64,000 nt of DNA, from positions 6,082 through 70,081 of the forward strand of contig JBFMFR010000027.1 of the NCBI GenBank assembly GCA_040752025.1. Reading direction: 5' to 3'. The stretch is from Chloroflexota bacterium. Lineage in GTDB: Bacteria; Chloroflexota; Anaerolineae; Anaerolineales; UBA4823. Both the position numbers and the translations under genes were made by a program. The notes under the pieces were generated by a model, which saw only the letters and a program-made list of their open reading frames with translations, was not told the DNA's origin and did no database searches. Below, one piece after another: positions 1 to 8,508 of the stretch. Each line of letters begins with the position of its first letter. The first letter of the stretch is position 1.

Positions 1-1035
1 AGCAACGCCCCCACACCAGCGCTCACCAGGTTGCTGCCGGACTGGAAAGCGGCCGGCATGCCAGACTTCACAATGACCGTCTACGGCCAGGACTTTATCG
101 ATGGCATTTCCAAGGTACGCTGGAATGGCAGCAACCGCCCAACCATCTTCAAGAGCAGCAGCAAGCTAGAAACAACTATTTACACGTCCGACATCAGCTC
201 AGCGGGCGGCGGCAGCGTAACAGTGTCCAACGAGAGCGGCGGAGGCGGAATTTCCAGCGCCCTGAACCTGGCGATCATCGAACCGGTAACATTCGATATC
301 AGCGCGGGGTGGTCAACAGCCGTCCCCTCGGTGGATGGGCTGATCCTGGGGGCGGAATGGGCCGGGGCGCAAACCTATGACATCACTGCGCCTTCCTATG
401 CCAGTTCTCAACTCTCAGAGGACCCGCCCGGCAAAGCCTCGTTCGCAACCAACCCATTGGGAGTGTTATCCTGGCTGAGATCGCCCTTCTCCCTGATGAT
501 CCCAACACAACCACTCTCGGCCGTCATCCTATCCGTCAAGAACGACCTGACCCACCTGTACCTGGCTATCGACAACCCCAACGATACTACCCTCAGTTCC
601 AGCGATCAGGTCCTGGTTTACTTCGACGATTTACCCCTGCCATCCGACGGTTTGTGGAATACTTCCGAATGGTGCCCCAACGAAGTGAATGGCGAGGGCT
701 ATTTCGTGCTCGCTCCCAGCCAGAAGTACTTCTATGAACAATGTTCCACGGGTACTTACCCGAACACAGAAGAGGCCCCAGGGCTGGAGAAGGCTTTCAG
801 CCTTGCCGGCGGACACATTCAGGTGGAGATCAAGATCGACCTGACCACCTCAGCCCTGGATCTGGCGCCGGAATCGACGGTCGGTATGTACCTGCGCCTG
901 CGGGACGGCGCCAACTATGCGGCGCAGGGCGTCTGGCCGCTAAATGGAGTGGGGACCGACCCGTCCACCTTCCGCATGCTGACGCTGGCACCGGCGCCGG
1001 TGAAGGTGTTCTTGCCGATGGTGGTGCGGCAATAA
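1..1035 (+). CDS. 5'-truncated secreted protein: IPT/TIG-like Ig domain + DOMON/CBM9-like domain, C-terminal VFLPMVVRQ motif
   Basis: Frame open from base 1 (SNAPTPALTRLLPD...); 'FTMTVYGQDF...VRWNG' Ig-like pattern; 'PSVDG...EW' and 'NDLTHLYLAI' CBM9/DOMON-like motifs. Confidence 0.65.
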   Translation, partial: SNAPTPALTRLLPDWKAAGMPDFTMTVYGQDFIDGISKVRWNGSNRPTIFKSSSKLETTIYTSDISSAGGGSVTVSNESGGGGISSALNLAIIEPVTFDISAGWSTAVPSVDGLILGAEWAGAQTYDITAPSYASSQLSEDPPGKASFATNPLGVLSWLRSPFSLMIPTQPLSAVILSVKNDLTHLYLAIDNPNDTTLSSSDQVLVYFDDLPLPSDGLWNTSEWCPNEVNGEGYFVLAPSQKYFYEQCSTGTYPNTEEAPGLEKAFSLAGGHIQVEIKIDLTTSALDLAPESTVGMYLRLRDGANYAAQGVWPLNGVGTDPSTFRMLTLAPAPVKVFLPMVVRQ

Positions 1036-1056
1036 GTGTAAAAATGCGGGGAGGAA

Positions 1057-1440
1057 TCAGGCCAGCAGCAGTCCCAGCTTGTCGGGATTGGCGGGCTGAG
1101 TGGGATCGGCCATGACTCCCACGGTAGAACCGACCTGCACCTGGGAGATCTTGATCATGGGGATGACCATGCTCTTCTGCACCTGGTAGACCGGGTAGCC
1201 AGGGATGTTGACTTCCAGCAAAACGGAGATACGCGGGTTATCGTTGATGCGCATGCCGGTATCTTGCAAGCCAAGCACCGTGGCAGTGCCCTGCCTGCCA
1301 GTGGCCATCAGGGCTTCCGCTTTCTTGCGGTTGGAACGATTGAAATAGAAGATCAGTCCGAAGGTCAGGGCAAAGCTGGCAACGATGATCACCAGGGTCA
1401 GGACGATCGAACCGGTGATGAGGGACGAAACGTCGGGCAT
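1057..1440 (-). CDS. Small membrane protein (N-terminal TM + OB-like domain, DUF3592-like)
   Basis: Hydrophobic N-terminus, 'G.ATVL...DTG.RINDNP' motif, AAGGAG RBS upstream. Confidence 0.7.
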   Translation of the reverse strand: MPDVSSLITGSIVLTLVIIVASFALTFGLIFYFNRSNRKKAEALMATGRQGTATVLGLQDTGMRINDNPRISVLLEVNIPGYPVYQVQKSMVIPMIKISQVQVGSTVGVMADPTQPANPDKLGLLLA

Positions 1441-1497
1441 ACACAACTCTCCTTGGATAATTGTCGGATATTCTAGCTGGGTAATTAGTTGATAATT

Positions 1498-1526
1498 ATT
1501 ATATTATTTATCCTAATTGCTGTCAA
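1498..1526 (-). promoter_or_regulatory. Consensus sigma70 promoter TTGACA-N17-TATAAT
   Basis: Plus strand tgtcaa 1521-1526 and attata 1498-1503, upstream of the 1057-1440 gene. Confidence 0.8.
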
Positions 1527-1582
1527 GGAGGAATCTAACCGCGCCTCGCAGCGCCTGACAGATGAGTGAAGCAATGTTTAAT

Positions 1583-2029
1583 TTATAAACGCTGCCGGAT
1601 CGCCTGCGCCAGGCGCGATAGCAGCTCCTGGTCGCGCTGGGCGTCAAAGCGCACCGAACGCTGGTGCTCCTGGCTGTAATGCCAGGGCGGGCCCAGGCGC
1701 AGATTTTCCGGTTCGTCCAGGTAACGCGGGACGATGTGGGCGTGCAGCACCGGATCGGTGTTGCCCAGGATGGCGTAATTGACCCGGTAGGCACCGGTGA
1801 CTTCCAAGAGGGCCTGCCCCACGAGGGTCATGTCCCACAAGTAGCGGGTGCGCGCGGCTTTGTCCAGGGTGGTGATGTCCGCCACCACTGGGTCAGGCAA
1901 GAGCAGAGTGTAGCCGCGCAGGTATTGAAGGTCGCACAGCACCACCCAGCCGGAGGGCACCTGGCAAACGACGGTCGGGTTTTGGCCGGCCCGGGCGGCT
2001 GCGACGCGCTGGTGGATGAGGGTTGACAT
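1583..2029 (-). CDS. HIT family hydrolase
   Basis: 'NYAILGNTDPVLHAHIVPRY' HIT-like motif. Confidence 0.85.
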   Translation of the reverse strand: MSTLIHQRVAAARAGQNPTVVCQVPSGWVVLCDLQYLRGYTLLLPDPVVADITTLDKAARTRYLWDMTLVGQALLEVTGAYRVNYAILGNTDPVLHAHIVPRYLDEPENLRLGPPWHYSQEHQRSVRFDAQRDQELLSRLAQAIRQRL

Positions 2030-2033
2030 GCTG

Positions 2034-2990
2034 CTATCCTTTCGGCAAAATTTGCCGCAGAACGTACTGGCCCGGCTGCGGCACGTAGCCCAGCTTGCGG
2101 TTGACCGCCAGCATGGGGGCGTTGAGCGAATCGTTGTGCGTGCGCAGGCAGCGCGCCCCGTTGCGGCGGGCGTAGCGGATGGCGGCCAGTTTCAGCGCCT
2201 GGGCGATCTTGCGCCCACGATAGGCGCTCAACACGCCGGTGATCAGGTTGTAGGCCGCCTGCGATTGGGGCAGCAACTGCACCGCCGATAGGCCCACCCA
2301 GGTCTCGCCCAGGGCCGCCAGCAACTGGCCCTGCGGGTTGAACCAATCAGCGCTGCACACGCGCTGCTCGAACTCCTCGAAGGACATCCAGGCGCCATCC
2401 TGTCCGGGGATATCCAGGACCGTCTCGTAATTCAGGGCGTGCAGCCTGCGGCGGGCGTCACGCGTGTCGCCCACGTCAGCCAGGGAAAAGATACGCAGCC
2501 CGGCATCTTCGCAGGCCAGCAGATCTTCCTGGAAGCGAGATTCATCGAAGCCGGTGAGGTCCAGGGTCGACTCGAACAGATGATGGTCGACGGCAAAGCC
2601 GCGCTCCTGGGCAAAGTGCAAACTGGCGGGGCTGTCGTCGCGCACCTGGGTCTTCAGATTCGTGGACTCCTGCTCGCGCAGGAAATCCAGGGCGTCGGCA
2701 TACAGCGCCGCGCCGATCCCCTGGCGCTGCCAGGCGGCCTCGACCGCCACCCATACGTAGAAATGCCCTTCCGAAAACCAGGGTTCGTGGGTGACTACGC
2801 TGTAACCGGCAACGGGCGCGCCCGGATCGCCCGAGCTGGCTGCCACCATGCGGCGGCAGATGCGGCCCGGGGGCATGTGGTCGTGCCAGTGCTGGAACTG
2901 CTCCGGTGTGGTCGAATCGGGCTCGAAGGCATTGTGCAGCGCCACAACAGCCGGAAGATCGGCAGGGATCTGAATAGGACGAATGTGCAC
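2034..2990 (-). CDS. Tandem GNAT acetyltransferase
   Basis: Two acetyl-CoA motifs (QRQGIG, YRGRKIA) and 'N..N.PML.VNRKLGY'. Confidence 0.85.
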   Translation of the reverse strand: MHIRPIQIPADLPAVVALHNAFEPDSTTPEQFQHWHDHMPPGRICRRMVAASSGDPGAPVAGYSVVTHEPWFSEGHFYVWVAVEAAWQRQGIGAALYADALDFLREQESTNLKTQVRDDSPASLHFAQERGFAVDHHLFESTLDLTGFDESRFQEDLLACEDAGLRIFSLADVGDTRDARRRLHALNYETVLDIPGQDGAWMSFEEFEQRVCSADWFNPQGQLLAALGETWVGLSAVQLLPQSQAAYNLITGVLSAYRGRKIAQALKLAAIRYARRNGARCLRTHNDSLNAPMLAVNRKLGYVPQPGQYVLRQILPKG

Positions 2991-3008
2991 GATGATAACC
3001 TCCTGAAA

Positions 3009-3539
3009 TCAGCGCGTCCAGGGGACGGTTACGGGCTGGCCCTCAATGGGGAGCAGGGCGGCCCGGTCGGCGATGGTCACCGGGTAAACGCCACCGGGGA
3101 CAACATCGATGGCGACGAGCACCGAGGAGGCGCAGTCCTGGCCGGCCTGGCAGCCGGTGGCCCCGTAGTGGTAATCGTTGGGGGCGTTGATCAGGCGCGC
3201 ATAGAAAACGTAGGCGCCGGGGGCTTCCACCAACAAGGTCACCGGCGGCGAAGTCGGCAGCACCGCGCCGCCGTGCGAGCCCGCCGGGTAGAAAACGTGG
3301 AAAGTCCTGCCGCTGGTCACCTCCTGGGCGTAGATCGTGGCGGTAAAGCCGGAGCCGCCCCCGCCCAGGTCGAAGGTGGTCATAATCGCAGCGGAGGCCG
3401 CCAGCGTAGGCGTGGCCCGATCAAGTTCAGGCGTTGAGGCAGCCTGGCCGCGGCAAGCGACTATGCCCGCCCCGACAGCCAGCACTACAGCCAGGCAAAA
3501 TAACCAGCGCCAGGTTGTTTGGAAAAAAGTCAGCGTCAT
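3009..3539 (-). CDS. Hypothetical lipoprotein
   Basis: Signal peptide ending in IVAC lipobox. Confidence 0.55.
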   Translation of the reverse strand: MTLTFFQTTWRWLFCLAVVLAVGAGIVACRGQAASTPELDRATPTLAASAAIMTTFDLGGGGSGFTATIYAQEVTSGRTFHVFYPAGSHGGAVLPTSPPVTLLVEAPGAYVFYARLINAPNDYHYGATGCQAGQDCASSVLVAIDVVPGGVYPVTIADRAALLPIEGQPVTVPWTR

Positions 3540-3558
3540 CGAGAGCCCTTTCCCAATT

Positions 3559-4179
3559 TTACACTAACAAATCTTCCAAAGGGGTTTGAGAAGCACACAG
3601 CGGGCACGCCTCCGGCAGCCACAGGTTAGCAGGGAAGTCAACCACGCACACCAGGGGCAGAGCCTGCCCGGCAAAGAAATCCGGCGCAGCCTGGCCCAGG
3701 ACGAGCAAAGCGCCAACCGCCAGCGGGAGCGCGCCACAGGTGCGCAGCTCGGCCAGCGTGCCGCGCACCGCCGAACCGGCGTTGATGGCGTCGTCCACGA
3801 TGACCACGCGCTTGCCCCGCACGGCCTGGCGCAGCCCCTGCGGCAGGCGGTATGGGACCGCGTACAGGGCCTGCGGCTGGGGCGGCACCTGGCGTATGGT
3901 GTAGTAGAACCCGACCTCCAGGGCAGCGGCAATGGCGTACGCCAGGAATGCGCCGCCGGTCAAAGGGCCGCAAACTGCCTCTATGGATGATGAACGCTTT
4001 GCGCAGGCTTTGACAAGCCCGGAAGCCAGGCTGTCGATGAAGGGCCGGAGCAAAGCCGGGCTCCGGAAGAGTGCATCCAGGTCGAGCCACACGTCGCCGT
4101 GATGGCCGGATTCGAGGCGGAAGTGCCCGCGGCGGGCAATCCCCTGGGCGGAGAGCAGCTCCAGGAATGGCTGGGACAT
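3559..4179 (-). CDS. Orotate phosphoribosyltransferase-like type I PRTase
   Basis: 'GHFRLESGHH' N-terminus and PRPP loop 'VVIVDDAINAGS'. Confidence 0.8.
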   Translation of the reverse strand: MSQPFLELLSAQGIARRGHFRLESGHHGDVWLDLDALFRSPALLRPFIDSLASGLVKACAKRSSSIEAVCGPLTGGAFLAYAIAAALEVGFYYTIRQVPPQPQALYAVPYRLPQGLRQAVRGKRVVIVDDAINAGSAVRGTLAELRTCGALPLAVGALLVLGQAAPDFFAGQALPLVCVVDFPANLWLPEACPLCASQTPLEDLLV

Positions 4180-4180
4180 G

Positions 4181-5416
4181 CTATGCCTGCCGCCCACCGG
4201 TATATTCTGCTACGGCCAGCAGGTACGAAGGGTGCTGCAAGCCGGTGGGCGGGTAATACTCATCATGGGTGTAGCGAAAGCCCAGCTTGAGCAAAAGGGC
4301 ACGCGAAGCCTGGTTGTTGGGGTTGTGCCCGGCGAAGAGGGCTTTGGCCCCAAGCTGGCGGAAAGCGTAGTCGATGACCGCCCGGGCGGCCTCGATGGCG
4401 TAACCCTGCCGCCAATGAGCCGAGCGGATGTGAAAACCGATCTCGTAGACCTGGCCCGGCAGGTCGTAGGGCCTGAGCCCGCAGCAGCCGATATGCTCGC
4501 CGCTCTCCAGCAGGAAAATGGGCCAGTACTGCACGCCGTACTCCTGCTGGGTGGCGATTTCCTTCTCCAGGCGCTGCTGGACCTGTTCCGGCGAAAGCTG
4601 CCCACGGGCGTCGATCAGGCGGGTGACCTGGGGGTCGCCCCACAAGGCGAGCGCCAGGTGGAAGTCGCTGGCCTGCCAGCGGCGGAAGCCCAGGCGTGGA
4701 GAGCGCAGGAAATACCCGGCTGGCTCCACCGCGCCGGGGAGGCCTTCTGGCGAAGCTTTCTTGCCAATGGCGAAGATACGCTCGTTGCTGATCTCGAAGT
4801 CATACGGGTTGCGCTGCTCCAGGAATTCCAGGAGGAAGCCAGCCTGGTCGAAATAGCCGCGGATCTCCGCCAGGGTGAAGAGGCTGAAATAGATTTCGGC
4901 TTCGGTCTCCAGAAAGTTGGCGACGTATCCCTCGGTTTCGCCAGCCTTGACCGCTACCAACAGAAAACCGCCCGGCTTGAGCAGCCGGTGGAATTCGGCG
5001 AAGAGTTCACTTACATAGCGCTTGGGAGTGTGGATGATCGAATAGTAGGCGATGATCCCATCGAAGGAAGTCGGATCGAAGGGCAAATCAGCCAGGTCGC
5101 CGCGCTCGAAGCGCATCCCAGGGTGATTGCGCCGGGCAAGCTCGACGCACTGATCGGAGATATCCACGCCGATCACTTCAAGGTCCAGGCGGCGGAGGGC
5201 ACCGCACGCGTACACGTAGCGGCCAATGTGCCCCGAGGGGCCGCAGCCTGCATCTAAGATGATGGCGTGCGGGGCGAACCTACCGGTGAAAGCGTCCAGA
5301 AGCTGTCGGTCGTACGGCTTCTCGTTCATCTCGTCGTGGAACAGATCGTGGTAGCGCTGCGCCGCCAGGTTGTACGCCTGCCTGGTCTGCGCGTGAATAA
5401 GCTCTAACGTTTGCAT
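4181..5416 (-). CDS. Class I SAM methyltransferase fused to RimJ/RimL-type GNAT
   Basis: 'ILDAGCGP' motif I, 'LLKPGG'; C-terminal 'EIGFHI...WRQGYA.EA...N.AS..LL.KLGF'. Confidence 0.85.
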   Translation of the reverse strand: MQTLELIHAQTRQAYNLAAQRYHDLFHDEMNEKPYDRQLLDAFTGRFAPHAIILDAGCGPSGHIGRYVYACGALRRLDLEVIGVDISDQCVELARRNHPGMRFERGDLADLPFDPTSFDGIIAYYSIIHTPKRYVSELFAEFHRLLKPGGFLLVAVKAGETEGYVANFLETEAEIYFSLFTLAEIRGYFDQAGFLLEFLEQRNPYDFEISNERIFAIGKKASPEGLPGAVEPAGYFLRSPRLGFRRWQASDFHLALALWGDPQVTRLIDARGQLSPEQVQQRLEKEIATQQEYGVQYWPIFLLESGEHIGCCGLRPYDLPGQVYEIGFHIRSAHWRQGYAIEAARAVIDYAFRQLGAKALFAGHNPNNQASRALLLKLGFRYTHDEYYPPTGLQHPSYLLAVAEYTGGRQA

Positions 5417-5420
5417 CGCA

Positions 5421-7394
5421 TCATTGCGCCGTTTCAAAATTGAGCGTCTCCAGGAACAGGGCCTCGAATAACTGCCGGTCGGCGGAAACAGCCACGCGGA
5501 TGGCCGGACCGGATGGGGCAACCTGGGTGCGGCCGCTGTAGGGGCCTTCATCTTCCACTACCTCTAGCTGATAAGTGCGATACTCCGCCAGGTCCTGGTC
5601 GGTCAGGATCGCCGCGGCCAGCGGGTCCCAGAAATAGTAGCCGCCGGAGAGCATCACACCACGGCGGGCGGAGAGCAGGTTGTAGGTGAAGCGCGCAGCA
5701 GGCGTGGCACTCCGCCCTTCCAGGCGCTGGAAGAAAGCGGGCGTGACCGGGGCGTGGCTGGTGGCGTCCAGGGGCACCAGCGTCAGCGGCGCGCCGGAGC
5801 GGAAGACGAGGTTGGCAGCGTGCGGGTCGATGTAAATATTCCACTCGGCGAACGGGTTGTCGATGGCAGATGAAGGGCCCACGTTGCCAGGGACCTCCAC
5901 GGCACCGCCCATGATGTAGATCATCTCGATATTGCCGACCAGGCCAGGGTCGGCCTGCACAGCCAGGGCCAGGTTGGTGAGCGGGCCGAGGGCCAGCAGG
6001 GTGACTTCCTGAGGCGAACGGCGGATGGTCTCGGCCAGCAGCTCAGGCGCGGGGAGCTCCACCGGCTGGCGGACGGAAGCGGGCAGCGGCACGCTGAACA
6101 TACTGTCGACATCCATACGCCACTGCAGAGGGAAAACGTGCTCGCCGGCCAGGGGTCTCTCCGGCCCACAGGAGACCGGCAGCTCTCTAGCGCCCACCAG
6201 CTCCAACAGGCTCAGCAAATTCGCCACGCCCGGCCCGCAGTAAGCTTCGCCTGTGCCGGTCACGGTGATCGCCCGGATATCCACAGCCGGATGTTGGAGC
6301 AAATATAAGATCGCCAGGGCGTCGTCCCCGGCCATATCGGTATCGATGATCACGGGGCGCGCCGCGGCAGCCCGCGCTGCGACGATCTTTTCGTTTGCCC
6401 TGGTCGTGATCTCGTTCGACTTCATCAACATTGAGGCGCCTCCCAACAAGGACAGCGACACAATCATAACCCACAAGCCCCACACCGGAACGCCGAAAAC
6501 CGGTGTACGCAAGAGAGCGCCGCCCAGGTCGATATTCCAGAGGCGATAGCGCCGGATGGATCGCAGGATGGCAGCGGGCAGCAGCGCCGGGATCACGATC
6601 CCCAGGTGGGTGTGAAGAAGCGCCAATCCGGGTGAATCCGGAGAAAAGCCAAAGAAGTATATGGCGCAAAGCCAGACGACGAGAAGGAAGATGCTGGCCA
6701 AAACACCACGAACCTGCCAGCGCTCAACCTGAACGGACCCCGCCTGCTGTGGGGAGCGCCGAAAATAACGGCGAAGCTGACTGGCGAAGGCAAGCAAGAC
6801 CAACACCAGGTAGAACAGGAAATCCACAAAGGCCAGGTTGGCGATGGCCGGGCCGAAAATCAAGACCAAAAAACCAGCGCAGTTCAGGAGCGCCCCCGCC
6901 AGGAGGGAAGCCTTGAGCCAGCCGGGGGCCAGGCGGCCATCTGGGAACAATACCACAAAGAGAAGGAAGCTCACCAGGCCGCCCACCCGCCAGACGGCCA
7001 GCAGTTTTTCCAGTAAGTTTCCCCAGGGCCGGGCGAAATTGATCGAAGTCCCACCCAGGTTCAACAGCAGGGGCAGGAGCAAGAGCGTCAAAGCGCAGGC
7101 CAACATGGGCAGCGCGGGGACCGCGCCCGGGCGGCGCAGCCCGAGCCAATACACGATCCCGGCTACCAGCCAAAACAGGCCCAGCACCACGTAGCGCAGC
7201 ACGAGGATATAGGCTGCGTAAACCTGCGGCCAAGCGCCCCAGCCAAGCGCCAGGCTGCCTTTCAACACGACTGGTTCACCCATGATGGAATCCAGGTTGC
7301 CGGGGATCAGAAGGATCAAAAAAGCCAGGCAGGTCAAAGCCACAGCCCAGCAGATCAGGCGAGCGGCTCGGTTAGCAAAACTGGGTATGTTCAT
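5421..7394 (-). CDS. Multi-TM domain fused to IU-type nucleoside hydrolase
   Basis: About 8-9 hydrophobic segments, then 'IIDTDMAGDD', 'LGPLTNLA', 'AEWNIYIDP', 'WDPLAA'. Confidence 0.85.
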   Translation of the reverse strand: MNIPSFANRAARLICWAVALTCLAFLILLIPGNLDSIMGEPVVLKGSLALGWGAWPQVYAAYILVLRYVVLGLFWLVAGIVYWLGLRRPGAVPALPMLACALTLLLLPLLLNLGGTSINFARPWGNLLEKLLAVWRVGGLVSFLLFVVLFPDGRLAPGWLKASLLAGALLNCAGFLVLIFGPAIANLAFVDFLFYLVLVLLAFASQLRRYFRRSPQQAGSVQVERWQVRGVLASIFLLVVWLCAIYFFGFSPDSPGLALLHTHLGIVIPALLPAAILRSIRRYRLWNIDLGGALLRTPVFGVPVWGLWVMIVSLSLLGGASMLMKSNEITTRANEKIVAARAAAARPVIIDTDMAGDDALAILYLLQHPAVDIRAITVTGTGEAYCGPGVANLLSLLELVGARELPVSCGPERPLAGEHVFPLQWRMDVDSMFSVPLPASVRQPVELPAPELLAETIRRSPQEVTLLALGPLTNLALAVQADPGLVGNIEMIYIMGGAVEVPGNVGPSSAIDNPFAEWNIYIDPHAANLVFRSGAPLTLVPLDATSHAPVTPAFFQRLEGRSATPAARFTYNLLSARRGVMLSGGYYFWDPLAAAILTDQDLAEYRTYQLEVVEDEGPYSGRTQVAPSGPAIRVAVSADRQLFEALFLETLNFETAQ

Positions 7395-7407
7395 ATGCCT
7401 CCCAGCG

Positions 7408-8304
7408 CTATACATGCTTAGGAATGTAATCGCCGAAATGCTTCAGGATGAAAGCTTCGAGCTGCTCGAGGGGATAATTGATGGCGCCTGGGTCGAAAAC
7501 GACCTTGCCCGTACGAAAAACCAGCTTGAGCGTGACCGCCCGGGTGAAGGTGTTCAAATCCAGGGCCGATTCGTAGCGGACCGCTTGCAGGTCGCTCCAA
7601 TCGAACGACTTACGGCGCAGCAGGGTGATCACGATAAGCTGGCGAACATCCAAAATGTAGCGCAGCGGAGCGGCAAACAAGGCCATCGCCGCGCCGCCCA
7701 GGATAAATGCCAGCGAGGCAAGCAGGCCCTCCAACGGGAATCCATCTCGGACGGTAAGCAGCAGCAGGAAAACGCCAAAAGCGCTCACCCCCAGGTAGAG
7801 CGCCCGCTGCCTGGCCGGCGCCTTGATCTCCAATGGCAGTGTGGAAGGCAGCTCTGCGCCGGGCTTGATCGAAGCCAGTTGCGCCAGCAGGCGGTAAAAA
7901 TCCTCGTAGCGGTTCAACTGCTTCTCCACCATGATCTTGCCGTCTGTCCCCCAAATGACCAGGCGCTGGCTGGCGGCTTTTTCCTCGATGCGGGTGATAT
8001 CCTCGTAGCGAATGCGCGTGGTGCGGCCGAACAGGCGCCGGCTGAGGCCTTCGGCGTCCAGGAAGATCTGCGGGCACAGGGCGTACCAGGCCAGCAAGAC
8101 GGGAATCCCCAAGAGCAAGAAGAGCAACGGCACCCAAAACGGGATGGCTGGCGAGACCAGGGTAGACAGGGCCGACATTATACCGCCGGCCAGCAGCAGC
8201 ACGCCGCCCAGCAGGGTAAAGAGCCGCGCCAGGAAGGGGTAGGTGAAACGCAGCGGGGCTAACGCCAGGGCTTTCAGGGCTTCAGTACGCCGGTTTTGAT
8301 CCAT
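7408..8304 (-). CDS. Membrane protein with two TM-pair + bacterial PH-like repeats
   Basis: Internal duplication of two TM helices followed by 'I.Y/W.DI..I/V' PH-like segment. Confidence 0.6.
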   Translation of the reverse strand: MDQNRRTEALKALALAPLRFTYPFLARLFTLLGGVLLLAGGIMSALSTLVSPAIPFWVPLLFLLLGIPVLLAWYALCPQIFLDAEGLSRRLFGRTTRIRYEDITRIEEKAASQRLVIWGTDGKIMVEKQLNRYEDFYRLLAQLASIKPGAELPSTLPLEIKAPARQRALYLGVSAFGVFLLLLTVRDGFPLEGLLASLAFILGGAAMALFAAPLRYILDVRQLIVITLLRRKSFDWSDLQAVRYESALDLNTFTRAVTLKLVFRTGKVVFDPGAINYPLEQLEAFILKHFGDYIPKHV

Positions 8305-8455
8305 ACACCGATTCTCCCAGGGATTACAGCAAACACAGGCCAGGTCTTGCACCGTATGAAATACTGCATGGCTGGTGGATTTGTTCATGCAGTGTTCAGG
8401 AATTATAATCGACCAGGGAATCTGTTGTGAGAATACTCTGTCCAGCGGAAAAGGG

Positions 8456-8489
8456 TCGGCCGGAGGCCACTGATGCTGCCTCCGGCCGA
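8456..8489 (-). terminator. Hairpin terminator after lipoprotein gene
   Basis: tcggccggaggc-N10-gcctccggccga, followed by CCCTTTT on the minus strand. Confidence 0.6.
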
Positions 8490-8508
8490 ATTCTTCTAAC
8501 CCCCAATT

